A stretch of DNA of 64,000 bases from Octopus bimaculoides (Eukaryota). Location: contig NC_068981.1 of assembly GCF_001194135.2 (NCBI RefSeq), forward strand, positions 127,435,752 through 127,499,751. Direction: 5' to 3'. The notes under the pieces are model-generated. The model did not search any database and was not told the origin of the DNA. It saw nothing but the letters and a program-made list of their open reading frames with translations. Below, piece by piece: positions 1-17,319 of this stretch. How positions within the stretch are numbered: the stretch's first letter is position 1; every line of letters begins with the position of its first letter. The translations under genes and the position numbers were made by a program.

Positions 1-774
1 AGTTGCTGTCAGCTACCACGAACTTGATAGGTGGTATGATATATACTCGCAGCAGCTGTTCCATGATATTTACCTCATTTAATCTGTTGAATAGCATTTG
101 AGAACCATACAGTGTTGGACAGTCTTGTCTTTGATGGCTTTTATTTACATCTCTTTATATTTCTGAGTTCAAGATCCATCACAGCTAATTTTACCTTCCA
201 TCTTTCTGTTGTAAATAAAATAAGTAGCAGGTACCTACTAGCTATAATCACCTGTTCCTGTTTCAAAATGTATGGCTGTGTACTTGTTAGATATCATTTA
301 AGTTCTTATCTCTTTTAAAGTAGGGTGCTTTGTATCCATTTTGTAAAATGTTTATTGATGGAAGTAATTTAAGTACAGAAGACTTTAAGAAGTCCAACCT
401 AAAAGTGTCATGTTTTTGCTTTAAGGAATAAATTCTTGATTTTGTTGGATACAATGTTTAATCTTTTATGTATGCTGTTCATCAGAAACGATCAGCATGA
501 TATAGGATACTGTATTTATGTACCAGTAGCAGTGAAGTCAGCTGTTATCTATTGGATTGGTGCATAACTAATGACTATTTTATAATTTAATTAACAATTG
601 ATAAAAAAATAAACTGGTCATTAATTATGCACCAACCCAATAAAAGTCATTAACTCATGTGTGAACTAATACATACAGTTTATGAGCAATTTATTGGAAA
701 ACATTCTAACTTTATGGATTAGTGGTTTGAGAATAAATATACAAAATTAAATTCAGCCATGGTAGTATGGAAGA

Positions 775-1161
775 GTGGAGGCGCAATGGCCCAGTGGTTA
801 GGGCAGCGGACTTGCGGTCATAGAATCGCGGTTTCGATTCCCAGACCAGGCATTGTGAGTGTTTATTGATCGAAAACACTTAAAGCTCCACGAGGCTTCA
901 GCAGGGGATGCTGGCGAACCCTGCTGTACTCTTCCACCACAACTTTCTCTCACTCTTACTTCCTGTTTCTGTTGTGCCTGTAATTCAAAGGGTCGGCCTT
1001 GTCACACTGTGTCACGCTGAATATCCCCGAGAACTACGTTAAGGGTACACGTGTCTGTGGAGTGCTCAGCCACTTGCATGTTAATTTCACGAGCAGGCTG
1101 TTCCATTGATCGTATCGACTGGAACCCTCGACGTCGTAAGCGACGGAGTGCCAACAACAAC
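775..1161 (+). mobile_element. tRNA-derived SINE, full length, (AAC)n tail
   Basis: A-box-like TGGCCCAGTGGTTAGG and B-box-like GGTTTCGATTCCC. Imperfect TSD AGTATGG(A/G)AGA at 764-774 and 1162-1172. Close copy at 53834-54224. Confidence 0.85.
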
Positions 1162-1312
1162 AGTATGGGAGAATGGATATCAATCAAGAAGAAAGGATAA
1201 AAAGTCATATAAAGTATACTCTGTACTGGTTTTATTTTTGTTTATTCTAACTCAAGCCCAATAAATTTGTTTTGGTAAAACTGTAAACGACCTCTAAACT
1301 CTTCAATAACAG

Positions 1313-5239
<3,927 letters not shown>

Positions 5240-7138
5240 TGTAGCAACCTCATTGTGTTTGATACAATGCCCTACTCTCCTTCCACTTGACCTCGTTCAC
5301 CACACTTTTTTTTTTTTTTGACCTTCCCTTCCATGGCTCTCGTAAAGGACAATTAAAGGCAATGGCCAGGACAGTGGTAGTATCACTTGACTAAAAGCTG
5401 TCTTGGCTCTAGGTCAAATCCCACCAGAGTTGACTTTGCCTTTCATCCCTAGTGGGGTGGGACGGGGTGTAAAATATGAAGCACATGTAATTTTACTGGT
5501 GTCAGTTAAATCTCAGCTCAACCCTATACTTTTCCTACAAAGTATTGATGATGTATCTTGAGAAAAATTATTGTTATTATTAAAGATGGTAAAGCACTGG
5601 AAGAGATGCTTTAAATGTTGGATTTGGTATCTCTCTTTTCAAAGTTCAAATCCTGTAAGTGTTGATGAAATAATTACTTAAAATATTAGGAATGGGTAAA
5701 ATTTGGGCTAATGCCTATCCAGAGAATTACTATTATCATTATTATGTAATGTCATGAGTGCCATAGTTTGCAGAATTTGGTTCTCAAAGAACTACATGTG
5801 CATCCTGGTTTCATTTCCCTCATAAAGGATCAAGGAAAAGGCATTTCTCTTTCCACATTCATTTTCCTCTCTTGCAATAAATTCAAGGCTTTAAGAATTC
5901 ATTATTGTTATATCACTGCTGTTACTGAAAATAGTAATGGTGCAGTTGCTTGAGAGAGCTGGATAGGCTGTTTTTGGTATCACTTCAATGCCTTGTTCTA
6001 AGCTCAAATCTAACTAGGATCAGCTTTGCCTTTCATCTCACCAGGACCAAACGGCACATTGTGGGTTATTCAGTCGACTATACTTTTCCTTCCTACAAAT
6101 TTGGCTGTGTGCCAAGAGAAAATAAACCATTATTATTTGTAGTGTTACTACGACTGAATGAATTAAACATTTTAAAACTTTTACCGAGAAAGGTGGGGAA
6201 AGTGGAAAGCTGTTGAACTTGTATGGTGGTATGAGGAGAAGGGGCTGAACTAACACCCTAGTTGGGATCTGGACTGAAGCACCATGCTCAGATGGCTTGC
6301 TAATTGTGCTACATTCTCAGATTTGGCCCATTCAGGTATTTTTATATATTTCTCTTTCTATGATCATTTGTGATGATGTTGCTAGGAAATACAAAACAAA
6401 ACAAAGTGACTCTGAAATCTAATGCAAAGGTTTTGAAGTACTTGTGATCACCAGCATTATGGGTATGTGTGTATATACGCATTTCAGTTGTGCGTAATAC
6501 TGTCAGTGCAAACTGTACAGGTTTTCTCCCCACTCCCTTTTTTTGTGTAATTCCATTTTACCCTAACCAAGTCACGTCCACATGCAAAACATAAACACAA
6601 AAGAAACATTACAAAAAACTTCTCATAATCACCAATTAACATCACAGTTGCCTTGTATAATTAATTATCTTTAAAATCAGCTCAAAACTTTTTTATGGTC
6701 TTACATAAAGTGTTTTTCTTTTCCCTCCTTTATTTGGAATTGTTATGTTTATTTGCATTTAAAAGGGGAGTGAGTTAAGTGTGAAAGTATTTATAGTATT
6801 TAAAAGCTTTTTTTTTTTCTAATTTTTATTTATTTTTCTTTTTTAATATTTGAAACTTTTAAGCTTATTTGCATTTAAGCATGGGTGGGTAAAGAATGTA
6901 TGCGAGTATTTATATATTTGAAAGATCTTTTTCCCCTGATTATTGAAACAGAAGAATATGGGTTGAGATTTTTAAATGTATTTTTAAATTTAAATTTTTT
7001 TTAATGCTTTTCCTTTCTCCAAAGAGTTACCATGTATGTTTGTATATAAATGTGTGTGTGACTATTTTAATCATTTTTTTAATATCAGTTATCCATTTAG
7101 AAAAATTTTTATATTTTCTTCTGACAGTGCAATGATTG

Positions 7139-7144
7139 AATAAA
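7139..7144 (+). terminator. Candidate poly(A) signal of the QPGY-rich gene (~1.9 kb 3'UTR)
   Basis: AATAAA after a long U-rich tract, followed by a T-rich downstream element; other AATAAA-like sites exist. Confidence 0.35.
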
Positions 7145-8399
7145 AGATTTTTCCTCTTCATTCCTAATACATATTTTTAGTCAGTTTGGCTGCTTCTATC
7201 CTAAACAGCATTGTTTGATAAGAAAGACTTTTTGAAAGGAGCAGAAATGAGAGAAATCTTATATTCTTCCATTATTTACTATTAGTAGTTATTATTTCTG
7301 TAGTCTTTAGAAGTTTATAACACCTTAGTGGATATGGTGTGCCTCTCATCTCATGAATAATGAGTTCGGATTTCATCACAAGCTTTGTATTGTCCTTAGG
7401 AAAAGTGCTTCATGCTTGTTTGTCTTGGTCTGGCAAAAAAGGATGGGTGTCACCAGGTTGCAAAAAAAGCTCTAGACAAAAACAGCTCTGGCCAGCTGTT
7501 GCAATAATCCTAACTTGTTTAGGAATGGTATTTTGTCTTTTTGTTTGTTGTTATTGATAGCTCATGAGTTGTACAGTCTGTTTGGAACCAGAGATTTCTC
7601 ATTCTTACCAAATGGAGACACAGTGCCTACCAGATAAATAGCAAACAAGCATGGAGGAGACTTTTTTCTTTTTTTTTTATGGGCAGGCATACTAACTCTA
7701 ACAGTCCACTATAAAAACAACTTTTTTTGTTCTATCTTTATGGCTTGGGTGGGAGAATGAATGAATTTATGATACATGGGTTCGATATCTTCAACATCAC
7801 AACCACTATCATTGTCATTTTCATTATCATCATCATAATCATCATCATCATCATTCTCATCATCCTCATTGGTAATTAGCCTTCAACATGTGCTGGACTT
7901 AAATTGTAGGTGGGCTTCTCTATGAACCTAAAACTATATCTTTTGCCAGAGTTGGTCAACATCAGTTTTAATAATAAAAAAAAATTTGAAAATTGAAATC
8001 TAATAAACTCAGCTTTAATTGAATCTAAGGACTCCATTTCATTTCAAATTCAATGTGGAGTCGCTATTGACTTTGCAAATTTATATTTTTATTTTATTAT
8101 TAATATTTCCCATTTTCCATTAATACATTATCATTTCCCAACTAATTTTTAACCGCCAGGAACCAATTATATATTTTTTTCTTCTCTACTCCACCTCCAT
8201 ACTGCCTCGACTCTTGTAAAAACAAAAAAAATATTTCCACAATAATAAAGTTAATTAAAAAAAAAACTGTGCTTCCTGATACAAAACATCTTTCTTCAAT
8301 GATATTTATATAAGGTTTTGAAAAAATAAATTTTGAAAAATGTGTGTAAAAAAATATTAGGAAAGACAAAAGTTGTACTTTCCGTCAATTGTATGCTAT

Positions 8400-8541
8400 A
8401 TGTGTGTGTGTGTGTATAGATGTGTATGTATGTATATATATGTATATCTATCTATACATATATATATATATATATATCTATAATATGTCTATGTATATTT
8501 ATATATAGATATATGTATATTTATATATATACACATATATA

Positions 8542-8576
<35 letters not shown>
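8400..8576. repeat. (TG)n/(TA)n compound microsatellite
   Basis: Direct reading. Confidence 0.9.
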
Positions 8577-8579
<3 letters not shown>

Positions 8580-8790
8580 TAAGGGAGGTATTGGTGTCAA
8601 GAAGACCCAAAGGTGTCGCATTATGCTGAGTAAGTGCTATGGATAGACTATAGTTTAGCTCCAGGTTCGGTGATTATGTGAATGAGGAGTCCAACATCAG
8701 TCATATATCAGCATGCGTATATATCAAAAATTAACGGAGTGAGATAAAAATCCAAGGCTGTGAAAGATTTCAGAACATTTGTAAAGCGAA

Positions 8791-8839
8791 GGTCTTATAG
8801 CTGTTTCCGGGATATTTTATATGTCCCTTCATCAGCGAT
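8791..8839 (-). ncRNA. Minimal hammerhead-ribozyme-like motif, copy 1
   Basis: Reverse complement reads CTGATGA A GGGACAT ATAAA ATATCCC G GAAAC AGCT ATA AGACC. Confidence 0.5.
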
Positions 8840-9143
8840 GGTGCAAGAAAATGGTTATTCTTAAAGTTGGGAATGAAACACATTCCCAACTTTTTAGTCA
8901 CTTCAAAAAAAAAGCCTTGATTCAGTAACGCCATTTACAAACTCTATGCTTGGAATGACCAATTTTAAATACTATTGGAACTTACACACAAGGTACAGGA
9001 AACATATGTATACCATTGTGCTGAAATAATGGATCTGCAGATACAATATCCCTGCATATCTCACATCTATTTTCATTCTTCCACTTCACTCTCTATTTCA
9101 TATCTGATCTAGAATAACTATTGCTTAACCATTTTCTTGCACT

Positions 9144-9192
9144 GTTTCCGATGAAGGGATATATAAAATATCCCGGAAACAGCTATAAGACC
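9144..9192 (+). ncRNA. Minimal hammerhead-ribozyme-like motif, copy 2 (U4 to C)
   Basis: GTTT CCGATGA A GGGATAT ATAAA ATATCCC G GAAAC AGCT ATA AGACC; helix II is 7 bp, helix I is GTTT/AGAC. Confidence 0.5.
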
Positions 9193-9264
9193 TTCTCTTT
9201 ATAAATGTTCTGAAATCTTTCACAGCCTTGGATTTTTATCTCATTCTGTTAACTTTTTATATAT

Positions 9265-9295
9265 TTACATATATATATATATATGTGTGTGTGTG

Positions 9296-9329
<34 letters not shown>

Positions 9330-9395
9330 TATATGTATATACATATATATATGTATATATATATATATATATATATGTATATACATATATATATG

Positions 9396-9431
<36 letters not shown>

Positions 9432-9452
9432 TATGTATGTATATATATATAT
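9265..9452. repeat. (TA)n-rich microsatellite
   Basis: Direct reading; source of the spurious YI-repeat ORFs. Confidence 0.95.
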
Positions 9453-10372
9453 GGTTCTCATATATATCATGTATATTATAAGATATGAAGTAAACCATGC
9501 AAGCTTCAGGTTACCAGACCAAATAAAGTATGTAAGTGACATTTCGTATATATGGTTGTCAGGCAGTTTTACTGGGTATTTTTTTTTTCAGTGAATCCTT
9601 TAGTTTTTATTTTTGTTTTGTTTTTTTTTTGTTTTTTCTTTCTAAAATTCTAAATTTCCATGTGGTTAAATATAACTTTGTAAATATTGTGCAAATTGTA
9701 CAGTAACTGTACATAATTTTTTTTTATATAATCTTTTTACAATAATAACTAACTTATTATTATTGTTGTTGTTGTTATTTATATCATTATTATTATTATT
9801 ATTATCATTAGCTTGGTAATTTGTGTTAGAGCACTACAACACTGGTATATATTGTGACTATATATATTAATAACAGTTTGACGAATGTCCATATGGCTTT
9901 GAAAGTTTCGTGAGCATGTAGAATGCATCCATCTCAGCAAATCAGAAGAGTTTACAGATTTAAGACATATTGAAGATAGCTTCTAAATGTTAGGCTTCTA
10001 TTTTGATCAACCCAGGTCACAGTGTTGTGGAAGTGATGCCAGCATTAATACCATGTGACCTGAGCTGACCAATAGGGGCCTAACATCTAGAAGCTATCTT
10101 GAATTTATCTCATCTTCCCTTTTACTGATGAGATGGACATGCTCATAGATTTTTAACTCATATGAAGCTGAGACAAGCTGCTATTAAAAATGTAACTTCT
10201 ACAAAATGTGTTGAGTGCCACTTCCTTCCATTTGTCAACATGTTTGTGTGTGTGTATATATATAAAAGAGCAGTTAGGGTTTGTATACAAGTACATATAT
10301 ATTTATATATAGCCCTACTTTGACATCTCTGTGTTATTGTGATCACTATTTTCTGTGGGTAAGTAATGCAGT

Positions 10373-10577
10373 GGGCTGGCAGAATCTTAGCATGCCGGGG
10401 AAAATGCTTAGTGGTATTTCATCCATCTGCACGTTCTGGGTTCAAATTCCACCCAGGCCAACTTTGCCTCTCATCCTTTTGGAGTTAATAAAATAAATAC
10501 CAGTTGAGCACTAAAGTCGATATAATAAACTTACCCCCTCCCCCAAACTTGCTGGCCTCGTGTCAAAATTTGAAACT
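10373..10577 (+). mobile_element. tRNA-derived SINE with a Deu/Nin-type central domain (older family)
   Basis: GAGTTCAAATTCC B-box-like motif followed by GACTTTGCCTTTCATCC..GGGGTC..TAAAATAAGTACCAG. Related diverged copies near 2830, 5400, 11821-12001, 14720-14920, 31880-32095(-), 35390-35520 and 54863-54992(-). Domain name from recall. Confidence 0.6.
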
Positions 10578-13225
10578 AATATATTCTGTGGGAGGACTTA
10601 GTCAACATAAATATACTAACATATAAGGAGAAGGGAGTTTGTTTCAGAATCACTGGCCTTTCTTGTAAAATATTTTCATCAAGAAATACAATCCTCTTTG
10701 CCTTACATTCAGTGACCTGTTTAGGATTTTGTACCAACTACATAAATACATTATCTGGGGTTATGTTGTGGGAGTGATATGTGTGTGTGAGTGTACTTTT
10801 GTAAATATGTACTTGTTTGAGTTGTTTCCTTATATAATTTTCTCAGTCCCCTTTTCCCAAATTTCACTATTCTAATTTTGAACATACATCTTTAGTTATA
10901 TTATTTTATATATTTGATTGTACATGATATACTGCACACAATATATGCTTAGTCTGCTGTGCACTCATTTACAGGTTTGCACTGCAGCAGTTTTCAATCA
11001 ATACATGAACAATGTTTAGCATTTCTTTACGTATATTCCCTTGCCGTTTAGATTATTCTGTCACACGTAATATTTATTGACATTGTTTTGAATTGATCAT
11101 GCAATATCTCAGCTTCAAGATTTTAATGATGAGATTGTTTATTTTTAGAATGGCATTATACTGTAGGTGTGAGAGGCTGGATCTGGCCGTTTTGAACTTA
11201 AAACAGGTTGAATATTTGGGCCTGATTTGGCTAGTTTAGGCTAAAGGTATATAGTAGTATTTGTAACTTGGAATTTTAGAATTACAAGCCATCCTCTAAC
11301 AACAATATTGTATTATTGTGGTCACTAAGTTTTCTCCATAGTCTCAAGGCATTCAATCCATGACAGTTTATAGGATGTGTGTGTAAATATACTCATATTT
11401 ATGCTTACATACATACCTAAATTTATTCCAGATGAAAGATTGTGGGGTTTTTTTTCTTTTTTCCTCGGATATATTTTGTTTTGAAATCATGTAAAAGGCT
11501 CAAGTGCTCCTGTCGCAAAATCGCACAAACTTTTTATGACAAGGTAAAAAGTCTACTTCGAATTATAACTTTACTTTTCAAGGACTATGTTTTAACTACA
11601 CGTAAGATGCACAAGTTGTATTTCTTTTTCAGCATCAGATACATTTATCAACAGTGAAAATATATGATAAAATTTCTTTTAGGTTATTTATCATTATCAT
11701 CATCATTTTGACACGTTTTACCTTGCCTTTATAGGTTAGATAAAATTTGTTGAAGCCAGTTTTTTCTATGATTGGATGCCCTTCCTGTTGCTAAGCAAGG
11801 TAATATTCCCTTGTGGCCAAAGGTGGTGAGCTGGCAGAATTGTATGCACACTTGGCAAAATGCTTAGTGGCATTGCTTCCATCTTTGCATTCTCAGTTCA
11901 AATTTTACTAAGGTTGACTTCACCTTTCATCCTTTCGGGGTCAATGTAATTGACATATCCCCTCCTCCAAAATTGCTAGCCTTGTGCCAAAATTTGAAAT
12001 CAATATTTCCTTATGGCTGGACTTGTTTTCACAAATGAAACAAACAACACCACCCTTGTTTTTTACAGCTATTGCATGATGCTGAGTCAGGAAAACATAA
12101 AACCTCTTATGCGTATCCATATATATATATATAACAGGTTTCTTCTACAAAATTCACCAAATTTATTCAAGAATGTTTTGTTTATCCTGGAGTTATAGTA
12201 GAAGACACTTGCCCAAGATCTAAACTCACACTGCTAGATAAAATGTTTGTCAATTATTATATATTGGAGTATAAAGATGCTATTTGATGTAACTGTAGTT
12301 GAGAAACCCAATCTTGATTATGATGGAAGAAGTATAAAATATCAGTTATTTTTACAATGAAAAATTTTCAAATTTTTTGTTGGTGGGAACATTCAGTACT
12401 AACATGTCAAAGGTTGTTGTTAACAGGAATTAAAATGAACTTTGTTTATATTCTACTCTTGAACTTTCATTGATTGGAGCACGAGTAAAATATTTTGGTT
12501 AAGTTTTTTAGTAATTTTTCATTGGTGGTGGACTTTATCTATTGCTCAGTTTATCACTACCTTAGCAAAATCTGTTCTGTTGCAAGCATTCAGACTAAGT
12601 CTCTGGTTTGAGGCTATCTTTTTCCTTCCTTCCTACCAGTCTTGTAGGCCCTTTGAAGTGTTATGAGAACTGCTTCCCCTCCTGATCAAAAGATTTTAAA
12701 AAAACAGAAACAGGAATTAATGCTAATAAATTCAGAGTAACATCCCTTTACTCTTTTACTGCTTGCAGCCACTTGGGGCATGTTCATCAAAAAAATTAAT
12801 AACTACCTTATGCCAAAGCTAATGACATTCAGATCTTCAGTCTAACATTTTTTAAATTAGTTATTTTTGACTGAACAAATTGAAGAAAGATTTAAGTGTA
12901 TTGCAACTCTGTACCTTATCTGTAGAGAAGCTGAAAACCACTGCTCCTATTTTATAAAGATGTAAGATAGTAAAATGAAAAATCTTTGGTAGTATTTATC
13001 TTGTGTAACTTCAACATTATATCTACTTTGATGACAGTTATACTGTGAAAATATTTCGTTTTACCATTTGGTGTCTCATTCAGGGTTAGGGTTAGTTACC
13101 TTTTAACCTCTTTTTTTTCTCTATATGTAGAAATCATTTGGAATAGTCTTGAAAATCTACATAAGCTATAATTTCTCACATGTTAAAGTTGCAGTTAAAA
13201 GAAAAAATAATTCTTTTGTTACCAT

Positions 13226-13578
13226 ATCTATGTTGAAATGCACTGAAGTTTGCTTCCCAACCACATGGTTCAGGGTTCAGTCGTACTGCATGGCATCTTG
13301 GGCAGGTATCTTCTATTATAGCTCCAGGCCAACCAAAGCCTTATGAGTAGACTTGATAGATGGAAACTAAAAGAAGCTTCTATGTGTATGTATCTGTCCT
13401 CCATCACCACTTGACAACCAGTGTTGGTTTGTTTACAACCCCATTACTTAGCAGCTCTACAAAAGAGACTGATAGGATATGTACCAGATTTTCTTTTAAA
13501 TAACTACTGAGCTCAATTTGACTAAATCTTTCAAGGCATAGCTGCAGTCCAATGACTGAAACAAGTAAAAGACAAAAG
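13226..13578 (+). mobile_element. SINE with a CORE-like centre and a GACTGAAACAAGTAAAAGA 3' end
   Basis: GCATGGCATCTTGGGCAGGTATCTTCTATTATAGC core-like segment; related reverse copies near 12160-12230 and 60180-60345. Confidence 0.5.
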
Positions 13579-15864
13579 ACTGCCTTTGTTCAATTAATTT
13601 TGAGAATAACAAAGAATTTATGATAACTTTGTCATTATTAAGCTATTGTTTGGAATATAACATGAAATTTAGATGAAAGGTTTTAGTTTAGATCACTTTA
13701 AAATGGAATTTGTATCATCATAGAACCAAGGGTAGTTTCTGACAGTTAGTATCACAGGGGTTAATAAATAGCCTTGTATCCATGTCAGAAATCATTCTTG
13801 CTCTGAAGAAGAGATAATTCACAAACTAAAAATTCCTTATAGACTGAGAAATAGCAGTAAGTGAGATATTTTGTTCTGTCCAGTCTATTGTTGATTAGTT
13901 ATTGGGAGGGGAAGAAATGTAGCTATGAAGGAAATTTTAGAGATATATTTTTTATAAGGTAGATTGGGTGAAGTATTTAATTCGTGTCAGTAGAGAATGA
14001 GTCATTATAGCTGATGGGAGGAAGAAAGATCGGTGTATTGACTAATGTACAGTCAACTTTTCAGACAAGTAGGCAATAGAAGTGTTTGAACATAAAACAT
14101 GTATGGCCGTTATTTTTAAATGAGACCATTGTATGGAAATTGTGAGAGATATGCAAATTTGTGTCATTTACACATGAAAATGATTTGAATGACAGTGTCA
14201 TATAGAGGTTGTTATTCATGGTGATAGGACACAGACAAATCTGTGTCGTCATTTTTAACTTCACTTTTTTCGTGCTGGTATGGGTGGGTCAGTTGGTTCA
14301 ACAAAAAAAACTGATGAACCAGTGGACTGTGCTGAGCTCCAATGTCTGCTTGGGCATGGTTTTTGCAGCTGGATGCCCTTCCTAATGTCAACCATTTTGC
14401 AAAGAGTACTGGGTGCTTCTTTTGTGGCACCAGCACTAGTGAGGTCACGAAGTTCTTGCAAGTATGATAGAGGGACATTAACAGATGTCTTGTTCAAGTG
14501 GTGGATACATAGAGAGATTTGGTTGTTAATATTAAGGTGCTGACTACTGACCACATGGCATATGTTCAGATATCACTACAATTGTATTCCTGTGTAAGAC
14601 ATCTAATTCTGCTTCCTACATCTCCTAGTTTACTAAATCTTAAGAATGCATATTATGTTTTTAGGTGTATATAGAATTATTAGAAGATATTTTTGTGTGT
14701 GTATTTGATGTGCAGTATTTCAGGTGGATGGAGCTAGAAGAATTGTTAAAGCATTAGTAAAATGCTTTGCAGTATTTTTATTTTTTTCCAATTCTTCACA
14801 TTCTGAGTTCAAATACCACTAGGGTCAACTTTGCCTTTTGTCCTTCTGGAGTCAATAAAATAAAATACCAGTCAAGTACTGAGATTGACTATATCATCTA
14901 ACCCCTCTTCATCTCAAAATTGTTGCACATGTATCAGAAAGCATATTGTATACTAAAAATATACTGGGATGACTCACTTCATACCTCCTGTAGAACAAAT
15001 TATGTACACATGTTCTATTAGCTAAAACCTTTAGCTTAGCTCTCATTACTACTGTTAAGCAAGCTAAAGTCATACCAAAGGGTGACATGAATTATAACGA
15101 TATCATTATATGATTAACATGTCACATTGGTTCATAGTGACAAGTTCATATTTTCCTATGAGGAGACAAAACGTCACAGGTACTGGATCGGCAATCAAAC
15201 ACTGTAAAACAATAATTCTAAGTATACATGACCAACAGACTTGAACAGAATATATTGAGGTAAAGACTATTTTGATACCACTTTTCTAAGGAAGTTATTC
15301 AATGTCCTTAACCATTTGGTATTCTCCCAGATCAGTCTGACTGGGAAGTGGGTTGATTGTCTTGATTAATATAGTTTCAAAATTGATAGCTATGATAAAA
15401 ACTAACATAATAAAATAAAATAGTTTCCGTAATGGTGATGGGGATGAATGTTATGGGTTTGAAAGAGAGAGTAACTTACATAAATTATCAGTGAAAAAAC
15501 AAACAAATTACTTCTAATTCTAGAATCTGAGGAAATTAGTGTTGGCCAGTATTGGCAAATATTAAATACAAGAACCAAAACAATAATCTATATCTATAAA
15601 AGGCAGGAATATGTGTGTGTGTATACATGAATGTAATTTATGCACATCCACAAATTAGCATACATGTCGCTCCAATTTTAGGAGGACATTGGTCATGACC
15701 ATGGCTGTGTTTTTGTCAACTTATTTTTCCTGAGGCACCCGCAGATAGTGATAAGAATTAATTTTCAACCATAATTTTTACCAATTTCCATGTCAGTGAA
15801 ATCCATAAGTTTGCTAACATAAGTTAAGTCCCCTGTCTAGCAATGGAGCAAAAGAAAAACAAAG

Positions 15865-16170
15865 GGTAAATTTTTAGATTAACACCTGCATGATTTTCAC
15901 TCAGTAAAATAAAGAAACTTGGATTTTTTGTGTGAAATCAAGTACCCTGACCTCCTAATATGTTGCAAATCCCTTATTTTGGTCTGGGAAAAAGTGGGGT
16001 AGGGAGAGAGAAGGGACCCCCCATCCCAGAATCATTGGAAATTTTTTTTTTTTTTTTCATTGAATGAATTCCTGTGACCTAATATGTTACAAAACCCTTT
16101 TCGGGGTCCGAAAACGGGGTGGGGTGAGGTGGAAGCCTCGGAAATTTCACCCACACAATTTTCACCAAGG
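15865..16170. mobile_element. DNA-transposon fragment sharing its terminus with the 22396 MITE
   Basis: GGTAAATTTTTAGATTAACACCTGCATGATT versus GGTAAATTTTCAGATTAACACCCGCACGATT; right end not resolved. Confidence 0.4.
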
Positions 16171-16778
16171 AAAAAAAAAAAAAATTGGATTTTTTTGGCA
16201 TGGAATCAAGTAATGGTTTCTAGTCTGGTTGTTGGGTACCCTCAATATACAGGATACCATCATCCTGAGATGGTGGAAGTGACTCAGCCATATGCTACAC
16301 ATATCCATGAAAAGATGAAGGAGAGCCTTTTTCAAGTGGAAGCTTGAAAGAGACATGTAAGATAGACCTTTGAAGACCTGTTTAAGGACTGTGACATTGA
16401 AAGAGGACCTTACCAGGGAGCAGACAAGTTCATGAAAGAGCTTGCAACCATTTCTTGTCACTTGGTGCCCTGTATAGAGTAGGTAAAACTAAGACAAAGA
16501 AGTATATTATCTATATTATACTAAAACTCAAAGTTTGTCTGTTCTCTGGTCATTTGATTAAGATGATAAAGATTACAAATAAAATAGCCATTTCCCCTTT
16601 AAGAAAAAAAATCAAGTTGAAAATGTTAACACTTCAAAGAGTCAGCTACAGCCATCCGTCCTTTTTTCATACTTTTTTCTTTGCAAGTGCTGTAAATTTG
16701 AGAGATAAATTCTCCCTATATTTTTGAATCATGGGTACTTGATAAAATTACTATTTTATTTAAAATGAAATATTAATC

Positions 16779-17076
16779 GGAGATGTACATGCATAGCAAG
16801 TGACCTGATCTGAGATCGTGTGCTGGAACGAAAACAACTGCAGCGTAGAAGGTGTTTATAAGCCATTTAAAATAACACACAAAAACCATTAGATTCACTT
16901 CAACATTTAAATTTAATTTGTCAAAATATTTTTGTCGCTTTGAGACCGCGACCTGTTCACTGTCATGGTCTCAAAGCAACGAAAATATTTTGACAAATTA
17001 AATTTAAATGTTGAAGTGAATCTAACGGTTTTTGTGTGTTGTTTTAAATGGCTTATAAACACCTTCCACGCTGCAA
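16779..17076. mobile_element. Palindromic interspersed element (60-bp head plus ~109-bp-arm hairpin) with 11-bp TSD
   Basis: Arms 16839-16947 and 16967-17075. TSD AAATATTAATC at 16768-16778 and 17077-17087. The head recurs at 35302. Confidence 0.75.
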
Positions 17077-17319
17077 AAATATTAATCTTTATCATCTAAA
17101 TCAAAAGGCAGAAAACCAGACAGAGAGACTATCTCTTTATAGACAAAGATTAGTTGCAATGGGAGGAATTGAATCTCATAAGAATGGAAAAACAAACAAC
17201 AAATGGGTTGTACCTCATAATGAGACTCTTTTAAAAACATGCCACTACAATGTTGAAATCATTGCCTCAGTAAGTATATCATGAAGTACACACTGAAAGG
17301 AAATTACCAAGCTGCTATG

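Larger units (their letters stand above)
8578..9264. mobile_element. Penelope-like remnant with inverted pseudo-LTR arms (8719-8857 and 9126-9264), each with a hammerhead-like motif
   Basis: ~139-bp inverted repeat read directly. Each arm has C(T/C)GATGA-A-GGGA..TCCC-GGAAAC-AGCT-ATA-AGACC. Flanked on both sides by (TA)n. Confidence 0.6.

Noticed and set aside
775-860. tRNA gene-like sequence (also at 52952 and 53834)
   Set aside because: A and B boxes only; continues into a SINE body with tail and TSD, and has no complete cloverleaf
9228-9594. YI/IY-rich ORF cluster
   Set aside because: Translations of the (TA)n microsatellite
16240-16470. Exon-like purine-rich stretch ending in a GT donor
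   Set aside because: Multiple stops; translation resembles a decayed LINE ORF C-terminus (RWWK.LSHMLH..)
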